From: a plasmid
Sequence record: NZ_CP118990.1
Strand: one strand, 5' to 3'
Length of the DNA stretch: 64,000 nucleotides
The position numbers and the translations under genes were made by a program. Under the pieces are notes generated by a model. It ran no database searches, had not been told where the DNA came from, and worked only from the letters and a program-made list of their open reading frames with translations. This document shows, one piece after another, positions 9,224-18,910 of this stretch; within the stretch, counting starts at the first letter, position 1, and each line of letters begins with the position of its first letter.

Positions 9224-9725
9224 TCTTCGACTGACCGAAAGAAGGGTAGTCATATTTGACGGGTTGGAACGCCGAGGATACACTAGACATATATGACTAC
9301 ATGGCGAGAGTTCATCACTATCCGGCGATACCGAAAAGGGCACTGGTTTGGGGGATGCAGACCCTTTGCTGATGGCGATGTCGTGCTTGCTTGGAAAATG
9401 AAGGGGCCAGACCCAGCTGGTCAGGCTGTTGAAAACAACGACGAGACAACCATCAATTCCGAGGGGTGATGACCATGGCTAAGCGCACCACGATTTGTAT
9501 AGATCGACTGTTCCATGACTTCCAGCTCTGCCAACACTTCGGCTATCCCTGCCGTTTTACTGTTGGCCGCAACACCGGGTATGGGCCCAGCGTGGTCGCG
9601 GCGTTGGAAAAGCGTGGATACACCCTGGTCAAGGTGCGCAAGAGTTGTTTCGAGATCACTGGCGTCCAAGGTGGGCCTGACAAGACAAGCTGAGTTGGCC
9701 CACCAGCAGTTTGAAGGGGAGGCAG

Positions 9726-11861
9726 CTACTTCGCCGCCTCCGCACGATACTTCACCAATTTAGCCTCCTTCGTCATACTGGCCTTGGTCAGCAGATTGAT
9801 CAGCCTCGCATTGAGCATGGCCGCCCTGATCCCCTTCAACATGACCTCCCCTTCCTCGGTAACCATCAGAGCCAAGAAATCACGAATCTGTGCTGCATAG
9901 GTGATGGCCCACTGGTCAGGATCTTTGATCTGGGACTCTCGCGGCATCGCGGACAGAAGGTTGTAGAGACGATTATCATTGCTGGTGGTCATGGTTCCCC
10001 AGAACTCAGCACACACACCGGCCATAACCGCCTTATCCGGCCCATCCAAGGCTATATTGAAGAGGTTTGCCAGGCGCTCACGTCTATATCCAAGAACTGA
10101 CTTCATGGTTTTCCTGCACAACGCGGTATCAAGCTCACGGAGAAGCTTGGTTCTGACCGCCACCTTCACCAGGTCGGCCCTATAGAGCTCAACAATATCG
10201 GGCATGGTGAGATAACGAGCGCGGCCGAAGTCTACCGATTTCAGGATATGGGTAATCTCGTTGCTGAGAGTCACGGCTGATACATCGCTGAGTTCGTCAG
10301 ACGTCTCCTCCTGTAACCCCTTAGGCAGTTGCGCGGAATGTTCTCCAGCATCCTCACTCTGCCCATTATGGGGCGAGTGTTTATGGGAGATCCGGTGGCG
10401 TGTCAGCTCGATCTCGACCTTTAGGCCATCGAGAATGAATAGTTTGCAGTTCTCAGGGGTAATGGGGGTGAATTGCGTATCGGTGTGTCTACGATAGGCG
10501 CACTCCAGTACCCCGCAGCCCACCAGCTCGACAAGGGCTACCTCCAGCATTTTGACGTGCCTCTTCTTGTAGTACCCGGCTTCTGTTAGGGGGTGAATAC
10601 CCTCAAGAATCCCTCTAACAGACAATTTTTTGTTGATGTAGACCCAATCTTGCTTGAACTGCCCATTCCCGATCGTTGTCAGCCAAAGGCTGAATATCCG
10701 GCTGATCGGATGCTCAAAACCAATGATGGTGCTCCTGTTGACTGCGATGAGACGACTTGCTGCTCTGTACATCTCGCGCATTGGCAAGTTGGGCGTGATC
10801 CGGATGATGCCGTCCCCATCCAGGCTAATAACACTGACGAGGCCAACGATCATCACCGAGCCTTTCATCCGGGAGCTATCCTTACTCTCCTTACCACTAT
10901 GGACCTCTGCGTCCTCAGGTTGCCTGAACAAAGTCATTTGGAAGGCATGAAGACGCTTCATGGAGTGCAGGATCTTGTCGGTCCGCATGAAGTCGCTGAT
11001 GTAGTTCCCAAATTCTGCTGGAGATAAAAACTCCGCTAATGGGGAGTAGAATTGCTCCGGGGTGACCTCGATATACGACGCAGCGGCTCTCTCATACTGA
11101 GCATCAGTCATCGAACCAAGTAACTTGACTAGGCACAGGTACGTCTTGATGTCCAGGTCTGTATCCAGCACAGGCCCAGCCAACGTCATTGCCTTGTACC
11201 CATTCATGAAGCGTGGATCCACCTCATAGACGATCTTGCTGTCCAGCACCGGGCGCAAGGCGGGGTTGTTGATCAGGTTTCTGTTGAGTGTGCGAAAAAT
11301 ACCGGTCCCGATAACCAGCTGGGTGTGATTGTCCAAAGTCACAGGTAGAGGCCCCCTTTGTTCTGACATGTCAAACACCCTGGTTGCACTCTCCGAAGCG
11401 GAAGAGGGTAATTCCGGCTCTGACTTACCTGCTGGAGTGAGAGGCGGTACCCGCGCTGGCTCGACTTCGAGTTCCGGCTCAAGCTCCGGTTCTGGTTGAG
11501 GGGGTAAAGGGTTATCACCAATCTGTGCTGATGGGGCCGGAGCCGGAGATGGTAATACGGGGGCCAACCTCGGGCTTTGCTCGGAAGGTTCGCCCTGTGT
11601 CGTCAACGACGGTTGAGGGTCACTATCCTCCTCCTCGATCAGCCAAGAGCTATCATCAAAGAAGGCAACGAACCTTGCTACCACTTGGTCAGGATTCCGA
11701 GAGGGAGAGTCCCTGAGGAATTGGCACATGGGGAGTATTTTTGCTCGGTCCACAAGGCTGCTAAAGAAAGCGATGCTCTTCTGGTTAGCAGGCAACCCGA
11801 TCTTCTGAGCCTCATATTTAGCGATTGCCGTCACAATTCGCGCTACCGCATCATCTGTCAT
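9726..11861 (-). CDS. Large hypothetical protein (711 aa) with Pro/Glu-rich linker; candidate Rep-like or DNA-binding protein by position only
   Basis: Long uninterrupted ORF; PQPEPELEPELEVEP low-complexity linker; sits beside second iteron-like array. Confidence 0.45.
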   Translation of the reverse strand: MTDDAVARIVTAIAKYEAQKIGLPANQKSIAFFSSLVDRAKILPMCQFLRDSPSRNPDQVVARFVAFFDDSSWLIEEEDSDPQPSLTTQGEPSEQSPRLAPVLPSPAPAPSAQIGDNPLPPQPEPELEPELEVEPARVPPLTPAGKSEPELPSSASESATRVFDMSEQRGPLPVTLDNHTQLVIGTGIFRTLNRNLINNPALRPVLDSKIVYEVDPRFMNGYKAMTLAGPVLDTDLDIKTYLCLVKLLGSMTDAQYERAAASYIEVTPEQFYSPLAEFLSPAEFGNYISDFMRTDKILHSMKRLHAFQMTLFRQPEDAEVHSGKESKDSSRMKGSVMIVGLVSVISLDGDGIIRITPNLPMREMYRAASRLIAVNRSTIIGFEHPISRIFSLWLTTIGNGQFKQDWVYINKKLSVRGILEGIHPLTEAGYYKKRHVKMLEVALVELVGCGVLECAYRRHTDTQFTPITPENCKLFILDGLKVEIELTRHRISHKHSPHNGQSEDAGEHSAQLPKGLQEETSDELSDVSAVTLSNEITHILKSVDFGRARYLTMPDIVELYRADLVKVAVRTKLLRELDTALCRKTMKSVLGYRRERLANLFNIALDGPDKAVMAGVCAEFWGTMTTSNDNRLYNLLSAMPRESQIKDPDQWAITYAAQIRDFLALMVTEEGEVMLKGIRAAMLNARLINLLTKASMTKEAKLVKYRAEAAK

Positions 11862-11958
11862 AACACACCCCTAGCAACCTGTAAGTAAGCTGTACATAAC
11901 TACGTATAAGCTGTTGAAAAGCATAAATTAAGGCCCTATTGAGCCCCATAAAATGACC

Positions 11959-12128
11959 TGTTTGGGGGTTAAAACTTGACTATTTGGGGGTTAAAACCAC
12001 CTTATTTGGAGGTCAAAAAACTCTGTGTGGGGGTCAAAATACCCAATATGGAGGCCAAAATATACTGTTTGGGGGTTAAATTGATGTGCTTGGGGGTTAA
12101 TGTGGGCTGTTTGGGGGTTAAATTTAAG
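11959..12128. repeat. Eight direct repeats with 21-22 bp periodicity (consensus ctgTTTGGGGGTTAAAa): iteron- or centromere-like array
   Basis: Copies start at 11961, 11983, 12005, 12026, 12047, 12068, 12089, 12110. Confidence 0.8.
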
Positions 12129-12176
12129 ATTTAATTCAATTAAAACAACCGGTTGCGAGCTCTATCTTTTATCCTT

Positions 12177-12250
12177 GATCCTTTATCTATGATCTTAGGA
12201 TCTAAAGAGGATCTAAAGAGGATCTACAGAAGATCTACAGATCAGGGATC
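12177..12250. promoter_or_regulatory. GATC-dense block: 8 Dam sites in 74 bp, with ~5 tandem 11-12-bp GATCTAMAGAR repeats (oriC-13-mer-like); AT-rich stretch 12121-12150 just upstream
   Basis: ggatctaaagaggatctaaagaggatctacagaagatctacagatcagggatctaaat read directly. Confidence 0.55.
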
Positions 12251-12868
12251 TAAATAATTAAAGGACTAAAAAATTATAAGTTGTTCTCTCAACACATTTT
12301 TCGATGCTCTCGTTTGGCTTCCGTTGGGGAGAGCAAGCAAGTCCCAGGGATGCGATATGAGGCCATCTATGCAAGCTTGCTGCGATAAGTCATTACCTAT
12401 ACTAAAAAAACGCCGCACAGAGCGTCACAGCGCAGCTGTGTGGCATCCTCAAGGTGGGCGTGGTGCACCCAGCAGGTTTTGCCGGGATCCAAGCCTGCCC
12501 ATGATGGATCCTCGCTATCCTGTTGTCGGTTCCCGTGAGCTTCACTCTCATCTGACTTAACAGCCAAATTGGAACGATCCACCGCTTGATTTAACCCCCA
12601 AACACAAAAGTCCCTGTTCGCTGGGAGCATCACTGTTAACAAGCCGATGACCATCTTTGGGCATGACTCAATCCCTCCATTCCCCACTCGCAACACCTAT
12701 CAATCCGCAACGAACACGAGTCGTACTAGCAGAACGCTGGTGGTTTATGTTGTTTACAGTATCATAAAGTGATGCTATGTTTTACGGGGTAGCTTAAAGC
12801 AAACAGGTAACAGCGTGGTGATGCTCGACCCTGTTCGGCGTTGCATGTGCCGCCATACCAGCAGGAAA

Positions 12869-12888
12869 AAATTTCACATGTGAAATTT
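12869..12888. promoter_or_regulatory. Palindromic operator-like site AAATTTCACATGTGAAATTT, family member 3
   Basis: Perfect palindrome ~90 bp upstream of ORF 12979. Confidence 0.5.
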
Positions 12889-12978
12889 TAGCGGTGTTGG
12901 TGCCCAATCCGGGCAGTTTCGCGGGCTTGCATTTTTGGGAAATCCTGTAGGCTTGCTGGCATGAAAAGGAGATAAGCA

Positions 12979-13452
12979 GTGACCCAGTTTAAACGCAGCC
13001 GCGTCATCATGTTCGGCGCCTTTGCTCTATCAGGAGCTTTAGCAATCAGTGGAATGAATCTCCTAGCGTTGCTCTTTGGTTGGGTTGCTGTCTGGCAACT
13101 CACATCGAGCGCGAAGTCAGAAATGGTTCACACCAGTATCCAGGCGGCGAAGAGTGCATTTGAGTCGCTGAATGTGGTGATGTTCGATAAGCGCTGGGTT
13201 GGCGATAGAGCAACAGTAGCGAAGGTATTGCACCAACAGCTTCCAACAGTTGAGTCAAATGGGCTGTCAGTGGTGCGGGTCATAGCTGTAGCTCAGGGGG
13301 GAACTTGGTTCAGTCTGGACATGGCTGTATCAAGAGCCCAAAACGTAGAATTGCTTAACCTGCAACCGCTCAGCGAACCCGAAGCGAAGTTCATGTTGGC
13401 CTCAGACCTTGAGGCATACGAAACCTTTTTCGGAAAGCCCGATAATGCTTGA
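12979..13452 (+). CDS. Hypothetical membrane protein
   Basis: 157-aa ORF with N-terminal TM segments. Confidence 0.4.
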   Translation: MTQFKRSRVIMFGAFALSGALAISGMNLLALLFGWVAVWQLTSSAKSEMVHTSIQAAKSAFESLNVVMFDKRWVGDRATVAKVLHQQLPTVESNGLSVVRVIAVAQGGTWFSLDMAVSRAQNVELLNLQPLSEPEAKFMLASDLEAYETFFGKPDNA

Positions 13453-13462
13453 GGACAAAGTG

Positions 13463-13756
13463 ATGGAAAAGACCAATGAAGTGAGCGGCGCGGAGTTCAC
13501 GGCCGAAGAAAAAAAAGCAATGAACCATGCTGCCTATGCCCAGTGCATCTTCATCCTGGCCCAGGTTCTGCTGTACCCGGCCCTCGGGGCGACTGGCGCC
13601 ATCTTGGCCGCGTTCTGTGGAATGATGCCGTGGCTGCCCCGCTTCGTTAAACAAGCACCGTCGAAGGCCTTTGGTATGGTGCTGGCCTCTGTCTGCCTGG
13701 CTCCACTTTATGCCAAGGTTTGCACCTTCATCGTAACAGCTGTCCAGGGCATTTGA
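13463..13756 (+). CDS. Hypothetical small membrane protein
   Basis: ORF in 13409-13756 frame; start choice uncertain; followed by terminator. Confidence 0.3.
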   Translation: MEKTNEVSGAEFTAEEKKAMNHAAYAQCIFILAQVLLYPALGATGAILAAFCGMMPWLPRFVKQAPSKAFGMVLASVCLAPLYAKVCTFIVTAVQGI

Positions 13757-13806
13757 TTCACCTGGCCTGGACGCAGGTTTAGTGAAAGGGAGTGCGGTAA
13801 TCCCAG

Positions 13807-13834
13807 AAAGGAGGTTTTGGCCTCCTTTCTTTTT
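13807..13834 (+). terminator. Rho-independent terminator (gaaaggaggttttggcctcctttcttttt)
   Basis: Stem-loop + T-run. Confidence 0.65.
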
Positions 13835-13913
13835 GAATGGAAAATCCTTCCTGCCTCATGCCCTCCAGCAGAACTCAGCGTCCTGACTATTTTCCCATCA
13901 GGAGTGGTTTGAC

Positions 13914-14780
13914 ATGACCGTACTAAGCAGCAAGAAGATCCAGATAGGTGTTATCGCAGCAATCGTATTGGGGGCCCTCGGTACCGGTATAGGGGTGTAC
14001 CAGTCAGTGAAGGTGGACCAACTGACGAATGACCTCGCCAAGGTGAATAATACTCTCAGCAACATGAATGCCATCACCACCAATTCAATCACTTTCAAGA
14101 ACCAAACCGAGTTTGATACAGCAGTGGCCGCTAGTATCAACAAGCTGGTGGATAAGCAGCAGCAGGAGAAGATGAGCCAGAAGTATGCTCAGTTCGATGC
14201 GGCGGCCGAGAAGGTAGCTGATGGTAAACACATCTACGGTGACCTCAATGCCCGCTTCACCTTGGTCGAGTTCTCTGACATCGAATGCCCCTATTGCAAG
14301 CGATTCCATGACACACCAAAGCAGCTTGTTGATGCCAGCAAGGGGAATGTGAACTGGCAGTGGAAGCACATGCCACTCGATTTCCATAACCCAGCTGCAT
14401 TCAAGGAAGCTGTGGCCGCTGAGTGTATTTCAGAACAGAAGGGTAACCGCGGGTTCTGGGTCTTCATCAATGACATGTTCGAGCACACCCAGGGTAATGG
14501 GGCCGGGGTCAAAGATCTGCCTCAGGTGGTGGCCGGTGTTGGAGCCGATTTGAGTGCGTTCCGCGAATGCCTTGCCGCTGGAAAGATGGATGAGAAGGTT
14601 CAGGAAAATATCCAGCAAGCGAAGAGCCTTGGGGTCAACGGCACACCGGCCACCTTTGTCGTTGACAACAAAACGGGTAAGAGCCAGCTCTTGGGTGGCG
14701 CTCAGCCGCCTGAGGCCATCATGGCGGCGATGAGGAAAATGGTGGTTGAAGACCAGGAACAGAGTGCAGCGAAGCAATAA
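13914..14780 (+). CDS. DsbA-family thiol:disulfide interchange protein (thioredoxin fold, CPYC active site)
   Basis: N-terminal TM/signal anchor, CPYC motif, periplasmic thioredoxin-like length; RBS GGAG before ATG. Confidence 0.7.
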   Translation: MTVLSSKKIQIGVIAAIVLGALGTGIGVYQSVKVDQLTNDLAKVNNTLSNMNAITTNSITFKNQTEFDTAVAASINKLVDKQQQEKMSQKYAQFDAAAEKVADGKHIYGDLNARFTLVEFSDIECPYCKRFHDTPKQLVDASKGNVNWQWKHMPLDFHNPAAFKEAVAAECISEQKGNRGFWVFINDMFEHTQGNGAGVKDLPQVVAGVGADLSAFRECLAAGKMDEKVQENIQQAKSLGVNGTPATFVVDNKTGKSQLLGGAQPPEAIMAAMRKMVVEDQEQSAAKQ

Positions 14781-14800
14781 AAATTTCATATGTGAAAGTT
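14781..14800. promoter_or_regulatory. Operator-like site, variant (AAATTTCATATGTGAAAGTT), family member 4
   Basis: 2 mismatches from the 20-bp consensus. Confidence 0.4.
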
Positions 14801-14884
14801 GAGTCGGGCGCATGGGGGATGAGCTTCGTTGGGCTGGTGCCAAAGATGACACCGCCAAGCGGTTTGACATTGAGGGAGAAGAAG

Positions 14885-15568
14885 ATGGAAATCCGTGATC
14901 AAATGAGAATGTTGCTGGAGGCATTAGGAAAACATGATGCCGTTACTCGTGATCTGCTCATAGAGCACAGTGATCTGATCCGGGCAATCAGCAAAAAATG
15001 CCAGAGCTCTGGCCTGTACCTGGACTTTGAGCCAAGAATCCGCCAAGTTGCTCAGAAAATCGAAGCTGACCACAAGGCTGATGATCGCCTGATGTATGTC
15101 TGGAACTGGTGTATGCAGCTCATTGTCAGTGCTCGGTCTCAGTTCCAGCGTGATGGCGCCATCATTCTTACCATACCTTTGGTCGCTAAGTATCTGCCTG
15201 AAACGACGGAGCTGGAAAAGCCAGAGGCAATAATCATCAACCTCGATCTGGACTACCGCGCACCAGAAGGGAGTAAAACACTGCGTCAGCTGGTCAGCGA
15301 GCGGAGGGCATGGCCTAGCGGCGCAACCTGCGCGACCCAGGATGTCGAAGGCGAGATTCTCTATTGGGATGCGGAGGTTGAGCATGTGAAAACAACCGCA
15401 GGGGAGAGTCGTCGGGTGGAGTTCAGGCACCAGATCGATGCCTGGTTCGCAGATATAGACAACCCACTCTTGGCAACTGACTGGACTACCGCCGTCGTTA
15501 CCCCCGAAGAGTTGGATGATGAGTACCAGCTTGATCCGGAGTGGGTGTTCTCTCACTCGGGAGCATGA
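14885..15568 (+). CDS. Hypothetical protein
   Basis: ORF 14792-15568 frame; start placed at ATG 14885 after GAGGGAG RBS. Confidence 0.4.
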   Translation: MEIRDQMRMLLEALGKHDAVTRDLLIEHSDLIRAISKKCQSSGLYLDFEPRIRQVAQKIEADHKADDRLMYVWNWCMQLIVSARSQFQRDGAIILTIPLVAKYLPETTELEKPEAIIINLDLDYRAPEGSKTLRQLVSERRAWPSGATCATQDVEGEILYWDAEVEHVKTTAGESRRVEFRHQIDAWFADIDNPLLATDWTTAVVTPEELDDEYQLDPEWVFSHSGA

Positions 15569-15604
15569 TTTAACGTCCAAATAACTTGGCTGGTGGGCGC
15601 TGAA

Positions 15605-15624
15605 AAATTTCACATGTGAAATTT
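15605..15624. promoter_or_regulatory. Palindromic operator-like site AAATTTCACATGTGAAATTT, family member 5
   Basis: Perfect palindrome ~45 bp upstream of nuclease gene. Confidence 0.5.
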
Positions 15625-15669
15625 ATTTTGCCTATGAAGGCGCATTTTTGCAGGGAAGAGGTTCGATCA

Positions 15670-16203
15670 ATGACAGTCGATGTGCAATCAGTCCATAAAT
15701 TTGGCAGGGCAATCCTGCTGCTCACTCTTGGCTTGACTTCGCCCTTTGTGTCGGCCGAGACCTTTACTGGTCAAGTCGTCGGTGTTTCCGATGGCGATAC
15801 GGTCAAGGTTCTGACAGAACAAACCTGTAATTCCGGGGAAGAATGCCGAAGTGGTAAAGTGCAGTACCGGGTTCGGTTGGCCGAGATCGATGCTCCCGAG
15901 AAGAAGCAGCCATTTGGCTCAAAGGCCAAGGCTGCACTGTCGGAGCTGGTGGCTGGGCAGATGATCACCGTTGAGCAAGTGGACAAAGACCGCTATGGCC
16001 GTCTGGTTGCCAATCTCTACGCCGATGGCAAATGGGTAAACGCCGAGATGGTCCGCTCAGGTGATGCCTGGGTGTACCGCCAATACGCTAAAACCCCTGA
16101 GCTATTCCAATTGGAAGAAGAGGCAAGGGAAGGGAAGCGCGGCCTCTGGGCTCTGCCTGAACAGGAACGGACTCCTCCCTGGGAATGGCGTAAAGCGCAC
16201 TAA
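15670..16203 (+). CDS. Secreted thermonuclease (staphylococcal nuclease/SNase-like) family protein
   Basis: Signal peptide, then [12 protein letters not shown]...RLAEIDAPE...DRYGRLVA...GLW motifs characteristic of SNase fold. Confidence 0.7.
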   Translation: MTVDVQSVHKFGRAILLLTLGLTSPFVSAETFTGQVVGVSDGDTVKVLTEQTCNSGEECRSGKVQYRVRLAEIDAPEKKQPFGSKAKAALSELVAGQMITVEQVDKDRYGRLVANLYADGKWVNAEMVRSGDAWVYRQYAKTPELFQLEEEAREGKRGLWALPEQERTPPWEWRKAH

Positions 16204-16265
16204 TCACAACCCCTTCTGTGATAAGGAAGGGGGCAATTATAACCACGACAGAGTAGGAAGACGTA

Positions 16266-16537
16266 TGAACAAAAGTGATTTGATAATGGCGATAGCTGAG
16301 TCAGCTGACATCACCAAGGCTAAGGCAGAGGCTGCGGTTAACGCTTTGATGGCTACTATCACCACCGAACTCAAGGAAGGTGGTTCCGTAGCTCTCACTG
16401 GCTTCGGAACCTTCCAGGTGAGAGCTAGAGCCGCCCGTACTGGGCGCAATCCGCAAACCGGAGAGGCAATTGAGGTTGCCGCGGCAAACATCCCTAGCTT
16501 CAAGGCTGGCAAATCACTGAAAGATGCGGTGAATTAA
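16266..16537 (+). CDS. HU/IHF-family nucleoid-associated DNA-binding protein
   Basis: 90 aa, MNKSDLI...[38 protein letters not shown] matches HU fold signature. Confidence 0.85.
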
Positions 16538-16541
16538 CCAA

Positions 16542-16564
16542 TTATTCATGTGCCACATGAATAA
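16542..16564. promoter_or_regulatory. 23-bp perfect palindrome TTATTCATGTGcCACATGAATAA
   Basis: Read directly; second near-identical copy 59 bp downstream. Confidence 0.45.
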
Positions 16565-16580
16565 GAATGGTGTTTACATT

Positions 16581-16606
16581 GGGCTCCTCTCGTGGGAGCC
16601 TTATTC
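16581..16606 (+). terminator. Terminator-like hairpin gggctcctctcgtgggagcc + ttattc
   Basis: GC stem immediately after HU gene; T-run weak. Confidence 0.5.
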
Positions 16607-16623
16607 ATGTGGCACATGAGTAA
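16601..16623. promoter_or_regulatory. 23-bp palindrome copy 2, TTATTCATGTGgCACATGAgTAA (1 mismatch)
   Basis: Read directly, just upstream of ORF 16633. Confidence 0.45.
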
Positions 16624-16632
16624 GGTGAAAAT

Positions 16633-16920
16633 ATGAGGCTATCGGCAACGCAAAAGGACGTGTTGTACATCCTGTTCTCTATAGAGGCTAGGGGAAGGTT
16701 TGACCCTGTACCTGGTATGAAGTTGCTGGGGATGCTTAATCTGACACGCAGTAGCGAGATTCACGATACGAACTTTCGCACATCATGCCATACCTTAGTC
16801 GCCAATGGTCTGTTGAGTAAGTACCGATCGTCATCGCTGATGCTGGCCTTCACGTTGACTGCTGACGGGCGGGAGAAGGCCAAAGATATTTATCAGACCA
16901 GGGCGGAAGCAACAAGTTAG
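16633..16920 (+). CDS. Small hypothetical protein, possible winged-helix DNA-binding regulator
   Basis: 95 aa; helix-turn-helix-like N-terminal segment; flanked by palindromes. Confidence 0.35.
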   Translation: MRLSATQKDVLYILFSIEARGRFDPVPGMKLLGMLNLTRSSEIHDTNFRTSCHTLVANGLLSKYRSSSLMLAFTLTADGREKAKDIYQTRAEATS

Positions 16921-16940
16921 CGTTTTGAGAACCCGAGATC

Positions 16941-17294
16941 TTACCAAAATACTGAGCCGACGTGCTCCCCTGTCTGCACGTCACAGCCATCGGAAACAAG
17001 CCGGATAGAGCTCTTTTTCTTTTTTCTGGCTGCATTTCCCTCAGTCTGGTCTTTTGGTGCGGCGAGTAAACCATAGAACAGCCCGCCTACAAGGGCCCCT
17101 TGCCAAGTGAATAAAGCCACCAGCCCCCAGAAAGCCAAACCCACCCAGTAATTCTTGTGGAGCAGGTCCAGCACGGTTTTTACCCAGTAAACCACTGCAA
17201 TCGCGATCACAGCGTAACCCCAACCAGTCGCTTGCAGCATCGCGGTACCAAGGGCAACTACGGCCATCAGGAAAATGTTGATTAAGTCTTTCAT
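16941..17294 (-). CDS. Small inner-membrane protein
   Basis: 117 aa with 3 hydrophobic helices and KKKK tail. Confidence 0.4.
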   Translation of the reverse strand: MKDLINIFLMAVVALGTAMLQATGWGYAVIAIAVVYWVKTVLDLLHKNYWVGLAFWGLVALFTWQGALVGGLFYGLLAAPKDQTEGNAARKKKKSSIRLVSDGCDVQTGEHVGSVFW

Positions 17295-17601
17295 GGTCTA
17301 TCTCCTCACAAGTTATGTATCCACTTTATCACGGGTGCAAATAATGCAACTGTAATTGGCCTATAAAACGAGCCTTTTGTGATGTTTTTTCACCGCACTG
17401 AGCGATGAGGTCGCTAGCGTTAACGTTATCAATCACCGCTAAATCAATGGGTTCAAATAGATACTTAAAATGTGCTGCCTAATATTTACTGGATCATTAA
17501 GTGGTGCTATTGTTTATCTCGATTTTGATTTGAACTGGTCGCATTTTGGATGACGTAGCCGGTGATGTGCAGCTAGGTAAGCGCAAAGTTATTTTGGATT
17601 A

Positions 17602-17811
17602 GTGGGCACGTGGTCAATGAAGCAAAAAGAAATGGATCGAACAGACTGGCTCATCAAATTTCGGCGGGCCAAGTGCAATGAAACCCTTGATGTGATGCGT
17701 GATGCAGCGCTTCGCGAGCTGACAAATATCAGAGAAGTAGCCAATATGCTTTTTGCACATGAGAAGAGAGAGGATGAAATTGAGATAGGGCTGTACTGTC
17801 GGAAAATATAA
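17602..17811 (+). CDS. Small hypothetical protein
   Basis: 69-aa ORF in AT-rich leader region; weak support. Confidence 0.2.
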   Translation: MGTWSMKQKEMDRTDWLIKFRRAKCNETLDVMRDAALRELTNIREVANMLFAHEKREDEIEIGLYCRKI

Positions 17812-17829
17812 GGCTTCTAGCCTCTCGTT

Positions 17830-18680
17830 TTGATGATGTTCCAGATGCGGTCTGGTCTGATAACCGGAGCTTTTTCACTGACTTCAATGAACGGATCCAT
17901 CGGTGTGTGACCTCGCCACCTTATCCACTGCGGGTCACCCGCGGCTATGGCAATGTACAGGAGATGCAGTGGGTCGATTTCATTACCCAGACGCTCGAAC
18001 CTATCGTGAAGAACTTGGTTCCCGGTGGTAGTGTCGTGCTCAACGTGAGCAACGATATTTTCGAGTCAAAGCGTCCCTCGCGCTCGATGTACCTGGAGCG
18101 TATGGTGCTGGCACTGCATGACAGACTGAGGTTATCGCTGATGGACCAATGGCCGTGGATCAACACCTCCAAGCCGCCGTCGCCCACGCAATAGACGTGC
18201 GTGAATCGCGTCCAGCTATGTTCAGGGTGGGAGCCGGTGTACTGCTTTACTAATGACCCCAGTTGCGTCCGCTCGGACAATCGCAGGGTCCTGCTTCCTC
18301 ATATCGACGCCCACCAGAGCCTGATGGATTCGGGTGGCGATCGCCGTGTGGTGAGCTACGGCGATGGTGCTTACCGGCTACGGGGTAATGCTTTCGGAAA
18401 ACAGACAGAGGAACGTATCCCAAAAACGTGGTCCAGCGGGGCCACCGTTGTGCTGACACGATGGCAATCCGGTTTCTCACTGAGGCTGGCGATCTCGTGG
18501 TTGATCCCTTCTGCGGCTCCAACAAGAGCTGCCTCGCGGCAGATCGATGACCGGCGCTGGGCAGCCTGTGACAACACCTTTGAGTACATCAGGCAGCAGG
18601 ACGAGATGTTCACCGTTTTTGATGGATTTTGGATGAACCCTGCAATTGCAATGGTGGGCAATGGGGGAGCCTGTAATTGA
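17830..18680 (+). pseudogene. DNA methyltransferase (beta-class N6A/N4C, motif IV SPPY before motif I DPFCGS) split over several frames
   Basis: SPPY at ~17915 in one frame; DLVVDPFCGSNKSC at ~18490 in another frame; no single intact ORF. Confidence 0.5.
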
Positions 18681-18890
18681 GTGAAGTGAACGAGAAAGAC
18701 ATGGAACAACGAATTGCGGCGGCACAGCCAAAGCTCAAAGCGTGGTTCGCGTGGAATGAGCCACCACAGATTAGATTTGTACTGACAACACAAACTCTTA
18801 CAAAAAACGGCCATTGGCCGTTTTTGCTTTGTGAATGTTTTTACAGCACCATCATAAGAGATTGCAGCATCATTTTATGAACGATAGAAT

Positions 18891-18910
18891 GTTTCACATG
18901 TGAAAGTTTG
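18891..18910. promoter_or_regulatory. Operator-like site, variant TGTTTCACATGTGAAAGTTT, family member 6, 45 bp upstream of parA
   Basis: Core TTCACATGTGAA perfect; flank TGTTTCAC resembles parS half-site. Confidence 0.5.

Noticed and set aside
11959-12128. Possible CRISPR-like or tRNA-like repeat
   Set aside because: 21-22-bp phased imperfect repeats without spacers; fits iteron/centromere architecture.
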